DNA of 64,000 bases from Sulfurimonadaceae bacterium (lineage in GTDB: Bacteria > Campylobacterota > Campylobacteria > Campylobacterales > Sulfurimonadaceae), in contig JBNKLA010000057.1 in NCBI GenBank assembly GCA_050292115.1, forward strand, positions 239 to 64,238, written 5' to 3'. The position numbers were made by a program, and so were the translations under genes. The notes below the pieces were generated by a model. That model saw nothing but the letters and a program-made list of their open reading frames with translations, was not told the DNA's origin and made no database searches. Below, one piece after another: positions 1-9,755 of the stretch (position 1 is its first letter; every line of letters starts with the position of its first letter).

Positions 1-1
1 T

Positions 2-583
2 TTTATCGCCGCGTATCTGGTAGGCGGCATTCCTTTTGGGCTGATTTTGGCCAAACTTTTTGCCGATGTCAATATCAAATCCTCGGGTTCCAACAGTATT
101 GGTGCCACCAATGTGCTGCGCGTCGTGCAAGAAAAAGACCCCGCTCTGGCCAAGAAACTCGGGGCGGCAACACTGGTACTAGATGCGTTAAAAGGCCTTG
201 TTGTACTGCTTATCGCGTATTTTATGGGGCTTAGCGAAGGGACGCTTTGGGGTATTGCGGTACTTAGCGTCATTGGCCACTGTTTTAGCCCCTACCTTTG
301 GTTTGAGGGCGGCAAAGGCGTGGCAACCGGCATGGGTGTGATGTTTTTTATGCTTCCCGTTGAAACGGCAATTGCACTTGCCGTATGGTTTATAGCCGCC
401 AAAACCATCCGCATCTCTTCGCTCTCATCACTCCTTGGCGTTGGTGCTTTGGTGGTGGGAAGTTTTGTGCTACAACCGCAGATGGCTCATGCTCCGGTGG
501 TGTTAATCGCGTTTATTCTCTTTTATAAACATATTCCCAATATTATCCGTCTTTTTCAGGGTCAAGAAGCGCAGGTCGTTTAA
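2..583 (+). CDS. plsY: Glycerol-3-phosphate acyltransferase PlsY; the 5' end lies outside the window
   Basis: The frame is open from nt 2 (FIAAYLVGGIPFGLILAKLF precedes tracked ORF 47..583). It has the SGSNSIGATNVLR motif and a multi-pass hydrophobic profile typical of PlsY. Confidence 0.85.
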   Translation, partial: FIAAYLVGGIPFGLILAKLFADVNIKSSGSNSIGATNVLRVVQEKDPALAKKLGAATLVLDALKGLVVLLIAYFMGLSEGTLWGIAVLSVIGHCFSPYLWFEGGKGVATGMGVMFFMLPVETAIALAVWFIAAKTIRISSLSSLLGVGALVVGSFVLQPQMAHAPVVLIAFILFYKHIPNIIRLFQGQEAQVV

Positions 584-916
584 ATGCGCATCCATATCGA
601 TGATCTTACCTTCGATGCGATCATCGGTATTTTAGAATCTGAGCGCCATACGCCTCAACGCGTTAGGGTTACATGTAAGATTGATTATGCCTACACAGCG
701 GATACTTTTATTGACTACGCCGTCGTTGCCCAAACAATACAATCTACTATTATTGAAACGGAGTTTGAACTGCTTGAAAGTGCCATCGAGACATTAGGCA
801 CCGTTTTAAAAACACGTTTTCCATTGATTCAGAGTCTCTATCTTAAAATTGAAAAACCCGACATTCTGCCCCAAGCCACGGTAGGAATCAGCCATACTTT
901 CACTTTTAATTCTTAA
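584..916 (+). CDS. folB: Dihydroneopterin aldolase (FolB family)
   Basis: 110 aa. The N-terminus MRIHIDDLTFDAIIGILESERHTPQRVRV resembles the FolB GIxxxER..Q signature. The start codon directly abuts the plsY stop. Confidence 0.7.
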   Translation: MRIHIDDLTFDAIIGILESERHTPQRVRVTCKIDYAYTADTFIDYAVVAQTIQSTIIETEFELLESAIETLGTVLKTRFPLIQSLYLKIEKPDILPQATVGISHTFTFNS

Positions 917-984
917 AGAAAATTGAAACTTTTTTTAAAGAAAGTTGAAAAACAAATTAAATTAACCTAAAACTATGCTATAAT
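913..984 (+). promoter_or_regulatory. Candidate promoter of the response-regulator gene, with two 16-bp direct repeats at a 22-bp period
   Basis: TTAAAGAAAATTGAAA (913-928) and TTAAAGAAAGTTGAAA (935-950) differ at one base. They are followed by an extended -10, TGCTATAAT (976-984), 36 nt before the ATG at 1020. Confidence 0.35.
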
Positions 985-1019
985 CCCGAATCTAAAATAA
1001 TCCATTATGAGGACACTAA

Positions 1020-1691
1020 ATGCGCATTCTCATCATCGAAGATGAAGTCACATTAAATAAGACTTTGGCCGAAGGCCTCAAAGAGTTCGGCTATCAAAGT
1101 GATGTCGTCGAAACCCTCAAAGATGGCGAATATTATCTTGATATCCGCAATTACGACTTGGTTTTGACCGACTGGATGCTTCCTGACGGTAACGCCGTAG
1201 ATATTATTCCTGATGTTAAAGCCAATACGCCTAAAACCGTAATCGTTGTACTCTCTGCACGAGACGACAACGATAGTGAGATCGAAGCACTACGTGCGGG
1301 AGCAGACGATTATATCCGTAAACCGTTTGATTTCGACGTTTTAGTAGCGCGTCTTGAGGCACGTTTACGCTTTGGCGGCAGTAATATTATTGAAATCGAA
1401 GATCTGATTATTAATCCCGAAGAAGAGAAGATCATCTACCGTGACAAAGAGATCGAACTCAAGGGCAAACCGTTTGAAGTACTCACGCATCTGGCACGCC
1501 ATCGTGATCAAATTGTAAGCAAAGAGCAGTTGCTTGATGCCATCTGGGAAGAGCCGGAACTGGTCACGCCAAACGTAATTGAGGTGGCTATCAACCAAAT
1601 TCGTCAAAAAATGGACAAGCCGCTGGGCATTACTACCATCGAAACGGTACGCCGCCGCGGGTACCGCTTTTGCTTTCCTAAAGAGGTCTGA
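1020..1691 (+). CDS. OmpR/PhoB-family two-component response regulator
   Basis: Receiver domain (MRILIIEDE...DLVLTDWMLPD...K) plus a winged-helix C-terminus (TVRRRGYRF). Confidence 0.9.
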   Translation: MRILIIEDEVTLNKTLAEGLKEFGYQSDVVETLKDGEYYLDIRNYDLVLTDWMLPDGNAVDIIPDVKANTPKTVIVVLSARDDNDSEIEALRAGADDYIRKPFDFDVLVARLEARLRFGGSNIIEIEDLIINPEEEKIIYRDKEIELKGKPFEVLTHLARHRDQIVSKEQLLDAIWEEPELVTPNVIEVAINQIRQKMDKPLGITTIETVRRRGYRFCFPKEV

Positions 1692-1707
1692 TTTCAGACC
1701 TCTTTTT
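1681..1707 (+). terminator. Rho-independent terminator overlapping the response-regulator stop codon
   Basis: AAGAGGTCTGA (1681-1691) pairs perfectly with TCAGACCTCTT (1694-1704) and is followed by a T-run to 1707. Confidence 0.65.
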
Positions 1708-1773
1708 CAACATTTAACCCCTTTTTACAACTCTTTTTGATATCATAAATTATCTCGTTGCAAGGCTCTTTTT

Positions 1774-3069
1774 GTGATTAAAAAAAGTATCCGCAGACAG
1801 TTTCTTGTTCAACTCATCCTTGCTTCGGCATCACTGATTCTTATCTTTTCATCTGCACTATTTTTCTTAATCAAAGAGTCGATTTACGAAGAGAAACGCC
1901 AAAATATGATTAAAGTAGCCGAAAACATCTGCGCCTTTCAATCGGTTGAGAGTCCACAGCTTCCCAATGAAAGTATTTTGGGCCTCTCGGTCGAACTTGC
2001 CACACTGCACAATATTGAAGAGAACACTATAGTGATTACCGAGGTCGATAATGAAAAAAAACACTACCTTAAGCTTGTCTACCCCTTTAATCAAGAAGAG
2101 CACAGCTATCTCAAAATAATGAAAGACATCACCAGCACCAAAAAATTGCTGGGCAAAATCCTAAATGCCATCTTTATCATCAATGCCGTCGGTTTTTTAG
2201 TAGTGATTCTTTACGCCATCGGTCTGTCTAAAATGCTGATCTCGCCCGTTGCCACGCTAAGCCAGCGGCTCTCTAATATGAATGAGCAACTTATCCGGCC
2301 TATCACGGTCGAAGAGTTGCCCGAAGAGTTTGAGCCACTTGGTATGACACTAAACCGTCTTATCAACCGGATACAGAACTTTATTAAGTATCAAAAAGAG
2401 CTGTTTATCGGTGCCGCGCATGAGCTCAAAACCCCACTGGCAGTCATTAAACTTAAAAATCAGGTAACACTTATTAAAAAACGTAGCCCCGAAGAGTATA
2501 TTGAAGCAATCAAAATTACTAACGAATCGATTAATGAAATGGATAAGATTGTCAGCAATATTCTCAATATCGGACGCCAAGAAGGGGCTCACCTTGAAAA
2601 ACCGACAGAGGTTGACGTCATTGGGGTTTTACGTCGCAAAGCAGAAGATTTTCAACTGCTGGCAGAGAGCGAAAATAAAATACTCAAAGCCTCTTTTGAA
2701 CCCAACCTCTTTATGGCGACACTTCAGGTTAGCCTGCTTAATCAAATTATTCAGAACTTTTTGCAAAATGCCCTTAAATTTACACCGCAAGGACGCACGG
2801 TTATCATTCAAAGCACGCTACAGGATACCGGACTGCTGATTGAAGTGACCGATGAAGGTTGCGGTATTGATGAGAGCGTCGATCTTTTTGCCCCTTTTAA
2901 ACGCGAAGGCAATAAATCGGGGGTCGGTTTAGGCCTCTTTTTGGCTAAAAGTGCCGCCGATGCCATCGGAGGAGCAATTACGCTTAAAAATCGAAATGAT
3001 GGCGTTGATGGAACTGTAGCGGCACTACTCTTGGAGTCAAAACTCTGCTGTCCGATCAAAAAACCCTGA
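1774..3069 (+). CDS. Membrane sensor histidine kinase
   Basis: GTG start and two hydrophobic segments. It has an H-box FIGAAHELKTPLAVI and HATPase motifs (QNALKFTP, DEGCGI, GVGLGL). Confidence 0.85.
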   Translation: MIKKSIRRQFLVQLILASASLILIFSSALFFLIKESIYEEKRQNMIKVAENICAFQSVESPQLPNESILGLSVELATLHNIEENTIVITEVDNEKKHYLKLVYPFNQEEHSYLKIMKDITSTKKLLGKILNAIFIINAVGFLVVILYAIGLSKMLISPVATLSQRLSNMNEQLIRPITVEELPEEFEPLGMTLNRLINRIQNFIKYQKELFIGAAHELKTPLAVIKLKNQVTLIKKRSPEEYIEAIKITNESINEMDKIVSNILNIGRQEGAHLEKPTEVDVIGVLRRKAEDFQLLAESENKILKASFEPNLFMATLQVSLLNQIIQNFLQNALKFTPQGRTVIIQSTLQDTGLLIEVTDEGCGIDESVDLFAPFKREGNKSGVGLGLFLAKSAADAIGGAITLKNRNDGVDGTVAALLLESKLCCPIKKP

Positions 3070-3134
3070 TCTTAAAATTCGTTCAAGCTTTCTTCTGCTA
3101 TAAATCGTGACACAAGATTTTAATAAGGTGTACT

Positions 3135-3389
3135 ATGCCTCTTTTGATTAATGATGAGTGTATCGCGTGCGACGCCTGCCGCGAAGAGTGTCCTACTGAA
3201 GCTATTGAAGAGGGCGATCCGATTTACGTTATCGACCCTGACCGATGTACCGAATGTGTCGGCCATTATGATGAGCCACAATGTATCGCTGTGTGTCCGG
3301 TAGACTGTATCATACTTGATCCCGATAACCGTGAAACGCTTCAAGAACTTGAGTTCAAATATAATCAAATTATGGAAGAGGAGGAGTAG
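3135..3389 (+). CDS. YfhL-type 2x[4Fe-4S] ferredoxin
   Basis: 84 aa with CIACDACREECP and CTECVGHYDEPQCIAVCP cluster motifs. Confidence 0.85.
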   Translation: MPLLINDECIACDACREECPTEAIEEGDPIYVIDPDRCTECVGHYDEPQCIAVCPVDCIILDPDNRETLQELEFKYNQIMEEEE

Positions 3390-3402
3390 CCCTCCTCTTT
3401 TG
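3376..3402 (+). terminator. Hairpin with T-tract overlapping the ferredoxin stop
   Basis: AAGAGGAGG (3376-3384) pairs with CCTCCTCTT (3391-3399), with a 6-nt loop and then TTT. Confidence 0.5.
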
Positions 3403-3412
3403 GCAATAATAC

Positions 3413-4882
3413 GTGGCAAAACGCACTGCAATCATCGACATCGGTTCCAACTCCGTCCGAATGGTCGTATTTGAAAAGACAAGCCGTTTTGCGTTTCATC
3501 TGCTTCATGAAGTTAAAAGCCCCGTACGCATTAGCAGTGGCGCTTATGAAAACGGCGGCAACCTTCAAGATGATGCCATAGCTCGTGCGTTGGCGGCACT
3601 AAGCGACTTTCACTCTATTGCCCACTCTTACAAAGTCCGCAAACTGATTTGTGTCGCCACTTCGGCAGTACGCGACGCCCCCAACAAAACCGATTTTCTG
3701 GCTCTAATTCGACACAAACTTAAACTCGATATTAAAATCATATCCGGTGAAAAAGAGGCTTATTACGGTGCCATTGCCGCCGCCAATCTTTTGCCAAAAC
3801 GCTCCGGCATCACTGTGGACATCGGCGGCGGTTCAACGGAATCGGCGCTAATTGATGCCGGTATTGTACACGAAAGCTACTCGCTTAATCTCGGTTCGGT
3901 ACGTCTTAAAGAGCTCTTTTTTGATAAAAATGACCTCAAAGGCGCTACGCGCTATATCGACGAAGCCATCGCCACACTCCCTTTTGAAACGGTTGAGCAC
4001 ATCGTCGGTATCGGGGGAACATTTCGCGCACTCAGCCGCGTTATCATGAAACGCCAAGCATATCCTCTGCCCAAACTTCACGCGTTTACCTTCGATGCCA
4101 AAACTGTGCTCACGCTCGGTGAAACCGTTTTAGATGCCGACGAATCTGAGCTTAAAGCGCTGGGGATCAAACCCGAACGCTACGATATTATCAAATCGGG
4201 AACACTGATTTTATTACGTCTGATCAAACGCTTTGGTGTGACCAAACTCACCTCCAGCGGCGTCGGCGTACGCGAAGGCGTCTTTTTACACGATCTATTG
4301 CGTTCACATCGCGGGCGTTTTCCGGCTAATTTTAACCCCTCGATGCGCTATCTACTTGATCGTTATGTCACCGATGAAACAGGCTCCAAACAGCTTGCCG
4401 CCGTTGCAGGGAATCTTTTTGATCTCATGCACAAACCGCTACAACTTGAAGCGCGCTACCGTCGTAACCTTATCATCGCCGCCAAACTGGCCAAGATCGG
4501 GACGGCACTGCACTACTATTCCTACCACCACCACGGCTATTATCTGATTCAAACCGCACTAGAATACGGTTTTGAGCACGAAGATATTTTACTAATTGCT
4601 ACATTGGTACGGTTTCAAAAACGTAAACTGCCCAAAAAAGAGCACAAGAACTTTTATGAATCGCTACTTCCCGATTTTGATACGCTCGATCATCTCAGTT
4701 CGCTACTGACCCTTGCCGATACCCTGCTACAGCACCATCCAAGACAGATCGATTTTAGACTGCTATGTGAAGAAGAGACACTGGTAGTAGAGACATCACG
4801 CCCACTCTATCTGGTACAAGAACAGTTGCGTAGCCTTCCCGATTTCCCCATCAACGTCGCATTTAGGCAACCGGCTTATTGA
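3413..4882 (+). CDS. ppx: Ppx/GppA-family exopolyphosphatase / pppGpp phosphohydrolase
   Basis: GTG start. It has the ASKHA-fold motifs IDIGSNSVRMVVFE and DIGGGSTE, and a C-terminal HD-like region. Confidence 0.85.
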   Translation: MAKRTAIIDIGSNSVRMVVFEKTSRFAFHLLHEVKSPVRISSGAYENGGNLQDDAIARALAALSDFHSIAHSYKVRKLICVATSAVRDAPNKTDFLALIRHKLKLDIKIISGEKEAYYGAIAAANLLPKRSGITVDIGGGSTESALIDAGIVHESYSLNLGSVRLKELFFDKNDLKGATRYIDEAIATLPFETVEHIVGIGGTFRALSRVIMKRQAYPLPKLHAFTFDAKTVLTLGETVLDADESELKALGIKPERYDIIKSGTLILLRLIKRFGVTKLTSSGVGVREGVFLHDLLRSHRGRFPANFNPSMRYLLDRYVTDETGSKQLAAVAGNLFDLMHKPLQLEARYRRNLIIAAKLAKIGTALHYYSYHHHGYYLIQTALEYGFEHEDILLIATLVRFQKRKLPKKEHKNFYESLLPDFDTLDHLSSLLTLADTLLQHHPRQIDFRLLCEEETLVVETSRPLYLVQEQLRSLPDFPINVAFRQPAY

Positions 4883-5274
4883 CACCGGCTACATATTCCG
4901 CTGTAGATCAGACTGGTTTCGGTGATTTTGAAGCCTGAAGTGTTATCCATGCACTTGGCAATGCCATCCATATCAACGCTCACATCTTCAAAACTTCCGC
5001 ATTTTTCGCACAACAGATGCGCATGTGGCGCTTTGGCAATCTCATAACGCGATTTTGTATAAGGCGCTTTGACCTCTTTTAAAATCGCTTTTTCCAACAT
5101 GGCGTTGATGTTTTTATACAGCGTCGCCAGTGAAATGGAAGAGAACTGTTTTTGTATCTTTTCGTACAGCTCTTCAATGCTAATATGCCCCGTATCGTAC
5201 ATCAATGACAATATTCCAAGGCGTTGAGGCGTGACTTTGAGATCATGCTCACGCAGTAATAGTTCGTAATTCAT
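4876..5274 (-). CDS. Fur-family metalloregulator (Fur/PerR/Zur type not resolved)
   Basis: 132 aa with LKVTPQRLGILSLM in the winged helix. It carries CEKCG and CSRC zinc-site pairs. Confidence 0.8.
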   Translation of the reverse strand: MNYELLLREHDLKVTPQRLGILSLMYDTGHISIEELYEKIQKQFSSISLATLYKNINAMLEKAILKEVKAPYTKSRYEIAKAPHAHLLCEKCGSFEDVSVDMDGIAKCMDNTSGFKITETSLIYSGICSRCQ

Positions 5275-5318
5275 GAAAATATTATATCCACTTATATGCC
5301 TATCAATTACATTAGTTT

Positions 5319-5342
5319 GATTATTTAAGGATAATTTTTATC
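5319..5342. promoter_or_regulatory. Fur-box-like hexamer array in a divergent promoter region
   Basis: GATTAT (5319-5324), GATAAT (5330-5335) and TTTATC (5337-5342) lie between the Fur-family gene start (5274) and a TATAAT at 5358-5363. Confidence 0.25.
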
Positions 5343-5389
5343 TCTTAGCGATTCCGCTATAATGGCATCATTACTTCGCCGGAGTCTTG

Positions 5390-7603
5390 ATGCGCATCCG
5401 CTTTTTTGCAGTCAATCGTACACAACAACGCTATTTTTTGCAACTTAAGGAGCACCTTACATGTAGCTCTGATGTGCGTTTATGCAAGCAGTTACTACGT
5501 CCTCGTCTCGCACTATTTCAAATCGACTCACACACACTAATTGAGCATAAAATCAAAGAGCTACGCAATAGCGGAAGTTTTTGGGGTTATGGTATTGGCC
5601 ACTATCTGATGTGCGCAATCTTACATGTTGAGATCACGCTCATGGTGCTACGCTACGCTCACTATGTCGATGACCCGCGCTACGACACCATTGCACTGTG
5701 GAACGGAAAGCATCTGCGCCAAGCGCTTCTGGCACAACTTGCAAGCCATTTTGGCAAGCAAACGCTCTTTTTTGAAAACGGAATGCTGCCCGACACCACC
5801 GTATGCGATATCAAAGGCGTGAATGCCGACAACAGCGTCCCGCGTGAGCGTGCATTTTTTGAAACCTTTACATGTAACGTGAAACGTCCGCTTCCCGAAG
5901 CGCTTAGCGTGCGGCACTCCAAATCGGGTCGGAGCCAGTCTGATAACGGTGCGTGGTTACCCGAAAATTTTATGTTTATCCCGTTTCAGGTCAATCACGA
6001 TACCCAGATTACCCACCATTCGCCTTGGATTGAGGATATGTTTGCGTTTTTTGAACTTTGCAAAGCGATGGCCAAAGCACTCCCTCGCCAAAATTTCATA
6101 TTAAAAATCCACCCCTCCGACCCCGCGGATTACACCTCACTGCTTACGCGCGCCGATAATCTGCCCAACCTCACGTTTGCCAATGCCGTGCCGACGCAAG
6201 AGCTGATTGAGCGCTGTGAGGGTGTGGCCACGATAAACTCCAGTGTCGGTATCGAAGCGATGCTCTATCACAAGCCGGTGATCGTACTGGGCGAAGCGTT
6301 TTATGCCATCGAAGGCATTACGCAAACGATACGCTCTAAAGCAGAGCTTCTTGCACTGCTTGAGCGCAGTATCGACACACCCAATGCTACGCTTCGCCAA
6401 AACTTTTTGGATTATCTCAATAGCGAATACCTCATTCCCGCACACTGGAAAAATCCCACCAAAGCGCACTATGACGCTCTCAATCAAAGGCTTACATGTA
6501 AAGCTTCTCGCAAAGAGTGCGTTCTCTTTATGGTCTCGACCACACTGCATCTTTACAACGCCATCGTTGCGGCAATGATGCACGACGAGTGGGAGTCGCA
6601 CCTCGTGTATATCGATCAGGCTCCACAAGAGCATCACCTCTATTTTGAGGCGCTTCAAGCGTGGGAAACCTCGCCGTTTCAGAGCCTTTCGCTCTATCCG
6701 ACTCGCGTTAAAGGCGCACTCAACAAATGGCGTGTGCGCCGCAACGCGTTTAAACGATTACGCCGCGACGTCGGCGCCATTGCCCCGCAGCGCATCTATG
6801 TCGGAAACGACCGCCGCATCGAATTTGCATACGCCCTACATGTAGCCAAGCAGATTCAACCCGATGTGATCGGCGGCTATATCGACGATGGGGCGTATTC
6901 GTATATTGTGCAAAAGAGCAAGTGGTATCAAGATACGTTTATCGATATCACCTTTAAAAAGCTTATTTACGGTTTTTGGTATTTCCGCCCTAGCATCATT
7001 GCCGCAAGCGACGCGGTACAAGAGGCCTTTGTTGCCTTGCCCGAATTTGTGCACGAAAAGCTCAAAACCAAAACACTGCACCGCCTTGAGACCGACCGAC
7101 TACTCGATACGCGCCTCAAGCCGTTTACCGACTACATTGTGTCACCCTATCATCTTGATACCAAAGCCATCAAAGCGCTTGATCTGCTCTTTATTCTTCC
7201 GCACGAATCGCTCATACGAAGCGCACCCGATTTTATGAACAGCGTATTGCAAAGCATAAAGCAAAGCGTGGCACAAGGCTACAGTGTGGGCATCAAATAC
7301 CACCCGAGGCAATCGGAACGCGATCCCTTGGGGCTATTAGAGTATAAAGGCGTAAGTCTGCTTCCCAACACTCTTGCCTTTGAAGCGTTGCTACCGCTTT
7401 TAGGATCACCCATAATTGTGGGCGACGTCTCTTCGGCACTGCTGATGGCGCGCTGGCTACGTAGCGATCTCAAGGTGCTCTCGCTACGCAAACCCAACGA
7501 TGCTAGACAAAAAGAGATGCGCGCCATTTTTGAGTATGTCGGCATAACCATCGTCGAACCGTCACACTTTCAAACTACTCTTGCCAAGGAGCTTGCGCGA
7601 TGA
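5390..7603 (+). CDS. Two-domain capsule/surface polysaccharide biosynthesis protein (KpsS/KpsC-like N-terminal half)
   Basis: The FIPFQVNHDTQI motif and the surrounding region resemble the Capsule_synth family. The C-terminal ~370 aa form a second, unassigned domain. The ATG at 5390 is preferred over the tracked TTG at 5387. Confidence 0.55.
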   Translation: MRIRFFAVNRTQQRYFLQLKEHLTCSSDVRLCKQLLRPRLALFQIDSHTLIEHKIKELRNSGSFWGYGIGHYLMCAILHVEITLMVLRYAHYVDDPRYDTIALWNGKHLRQALLAQLASHFGKQTLFFENGMLPDTTVCDIKGVNADNSVPRERAFFETFTCNVKRPLPEALSVRHSKSGRSQSDNGAWLPENFMFIPFQVNHDTQITHHSPWIEDMFAFFELCKAMAKALPRQNFILKIHPSDPADYTSLLTRADNLPNLTFANAVPTQELIERCEGVATINSSVGIEAMLYHKPVIVLGEAFYAIEGITQTIRSKAELLALLERSIDTPNATLRQNFLDYLNSEYLIPAHWKNPTKAHYDALNQRLTCKASRKECVLFMVSTTLHLYNAIVAAMMHDEWESHLVYIDQAPQEHHLYFEALQAWETSPFQSLSLYPTRVKGALNKWRVRRNAFKRLRRDVGAIAPQRIYVGNDRRIEFAYALHVAKQIQPDVIGGYIDDGAYSYIVQKSKWYQDTFIDITFKKLIYGFWYFRPSIIAASDAVQEAFVALPEFVHEKLKTKTLHRLETDRLLDTRLKPFTDYIVSPYHLDTKAIKALDLLFILPHESLIRSAPDFMNSVLQSIKQSVAQGYSVGIKYHPRQSERDPLGLLEYKGVSLLPNTLAFEALLPLLGSPIIVGDVSSALLMARWLRSDLKVLSLRKPNDARQKEMRAIFEYVGITIVEPSHFQTTLAKELAR

Positions 7604-8541
7604 TTTTTAAACCGCTACTACAGTATCTTACTCACCGTTTCGATCCCAATAACTACCGCCTTGTTATGACGATTCTGTGCAAAGACGAAGCCGATATTAT
7701 CGAAGCCAATATTCGCGTCCACGCCGCTTTGGGTGTGGACGCTTTTGTGGTGATGGACAACGGTTCACGCGACGGTACCCGCGAAACACTCACTGCACTT
7801 CAAGAGGAGTTTGAGTTACATGTAATCGATCGTGAAGGGGTGTATGATCAGAGCGCATGGATGACGGAACTGGCACATTACGCCCGCGATGAAATGGGTG
7901 CGGATTGGGTGATAAGCAACGATGCCGATGAGTTCTGGCTACCCCAAAGCGAACGTTCGCTCAAAGAGATTTTGGCACGTAGCGGCAGTGTGCTGACCTG
8001 CCACCGCTACAATATGCTGATGGATGCGCAGGCCTTACATGACGATTATAAATTTTACGACTGCGGATTGCGCGTAGAAAACCCTATTTTCTACCATAAC
8101 GAACAGCTCTCTAAAGAAAACGTCTCGATTGTGCTTTCCAAAATTGGCCCCAAAGTGATTGTCAATCCCCACGGCCTCATTAAAGTGAAAGGCGGCAACC
8201 ACCGTGCCAAGCATGTGGCGTTTAAGAGCATTGTCGATTACATGAAGCCTTACGACAAGCTCAAAAAAGTTGATGAGATCAAAGTGTATCACTTCTCCAT
8301 GCGCGGTTGGAAACATTTTGAGGGCAATATTTTAAACCGCAAACACCTGCTTGAAGAGCATGAGAATGTGCGCATGGGTAACCACTACCGCCGCTGGGTC
8401 AAACTTTATAACGAAGGTACACTAAAAAATGAGTTTGAGAACTTTATTTTCAAACCGGATGATATTGCAGTGTTAGAAAAGTACGGTGTCGTGCTTTATG
8501 ATGAATATCCCATTAAGAAGATCAAAAGTCTCCTCTTATGA
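7600..8541 (+). CDS. Family-2-like glycosyltransferase
   Basis: ATGA overlap with the upstream gene. The segment ILCKDEADIIEANIRVHAALGVDAFVVMDNGSRDGT...DADEF is typical of GT2-type (Glyco_tranf_2_4-like) proteins. Confidence 0.7.
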   Translation: MIFKPLLQYLTHRFDPNNYRLVMTILCKDEADIIEANIRVHAALGVDAFVVMDNGSRDGTRETLTALQEEFELHVIDREGVYDQSAWMTELAHYARDEMGADWVISNDADEFWLPQSERSLKEILARSGSVLTCHRYNMLMDAQALHDDYKFYDCGLRVENPIFYHNEQLSKENVSIVLSKIGPKVIVNPHGLIKVKGGNHRAKHVAFKSIVDYMKPYDKLKKVDEIKVYHFSMRGWKHFEGNILNRKHLLEEHENVRMGNHYRRWVKLYNEGTLKNEFENFIFKPDDIAVLEKYGVVLYDEYPIKKIKSLLL

Positions 8542-9732
8542 GCGGTAGATATAGATCGGTTTGTCACTGATTGTGGCGCGGGTGCTAAGCGATTGCACTC
8601 CGTCATACGAGATCACTTTATACTCGTGCGCAAAGTGAACGTCATGCTCCTGTTCCGACCAGAGGATCATAACCGTGCCCAAACGGTTCTTACATGCAAG
8701 CCGATGGCGCTTTTCAAACGTGCCTTGAGACTCAAATATCTTATCGCGTTCGTCATACACGCCATACGAGACAAACGTACTTTCTTGCAGATGTGTCAAC
8801 ACTGTTTGATACACTTTACGCACCTGTTCACTTTCACTATCAATCACTCCAAAAATGCCGTCAACCTGCTGTGTCGCAAACGCGATAAGATAATAGCGTA
8901 GCATAAAAAGTACATACTGCTCATTATCAAGAGCAAAATTGGCTTCGGTGATATAGAGTTCATGCCCTACATTACGACTTAGTAGCATCAATGCACGCTG
9001 AAATTTAATCTTTTCAAAAAGTGATAGACCGTATTTTCGTGCTTCAGGGGCACCGTGTTGATCAACATCAAACAGTGAAGCCATAGCCTCAAAACGCAGG
9101 CGGTCGTCGTTAAAAAGCGCATGTGCCGTGACATGGCATTCAAAACCTCGTACACCCGGACCAATAAGCTCAAGGTTGCCAAACTTATGGACATTGAGCC
9201 AATACGCAATGGCATAAAAATCGACATACTCACCGACACTAAAAAAGCCCCATTCGGCGCGGTTAATGCTTGAGCCGATCTGAAATCGTTTGGCGTAGGG
9301 GCTTAGCAGTTCAAAAATACGCTCAAAATCGCGGCGGCTAAGATCGAGATCTTCGATATGTTCGCGGTCTTGGATAAGGGTGATGGTAATTTCACAATTC
9401 TCAAAACGTGCACAAAACGCCGCATATTGCTCCAAGCGATGCAGTTTCCACATCGGCACGCGAATGAGAATGCTCTTAATGCCCAGTTCATGGATGGTTT
9501 GAAGCGCTTGAGTGTGATCCCCATTGACACTCATGCCAAAAAAACGGTGAGATTCCACACTACGTTTACGTATAAAAAAGTGTAAAAGATACGCCGTAGG
9601 CAAAATAATCGCGGCGATCAACACGGTCTTAATGCGTGAAAGCCGTACCTTTTGATACATCTCTTGGGCATAAGCAAAATTGAGTTTTTTGGGGCGATCA
9701 TTGTTATCATCCCATTCAAACGGAAATTTCAT
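8536..9732 (-). CDS. Membrane-anchored hypothetical protein, possibly a TIM-barrel glycosidase-like protein
   Basis: 398 aa with one N-terminal TM segment (TVLIAAIILPTAYLLHFFI). The ITEANF motif is reminiscent of glycoside hydrolase clan A, but the function is not established. Confidence 0.45.
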   Translation of the reverse strand: MKFPFEWDDNNDRPKKLNFAYAQEMYQKVRLSRIKTVLIAAIILPTAYLLHFFIRKRSVESHRFFGMSVNGDHTQALQTIHELGIKSILIRVPMWKLHRLEQYAAFCARFENCEITITLIQDREHIEDLDLSRRDFERIFELLSPYAKRFQIGSSINRAEWGFFSVGEYVDFYAIAYWLNVHKFGNLELIGPGVRGFECHVTAHALFNDDRLRFEAMASLFDVDQHGAPEARKYGLSLFEKIKFQRALMLLSRNVGHELYITEANFALDNEQYVLFMLRYYLIAFATQQVDGIFGVIDSESEQVRKVYQTVLTHLQESTFVSYGVYDERDKIFESQGTFEKRHRLACKNRLGTVMILWSEQEHDVHFAHEYKVISYDGVQSLSTRATISDKPIYIYRS

Positions 9733-9755
9733 TTGGCTATTCTACCCACCGTTTA

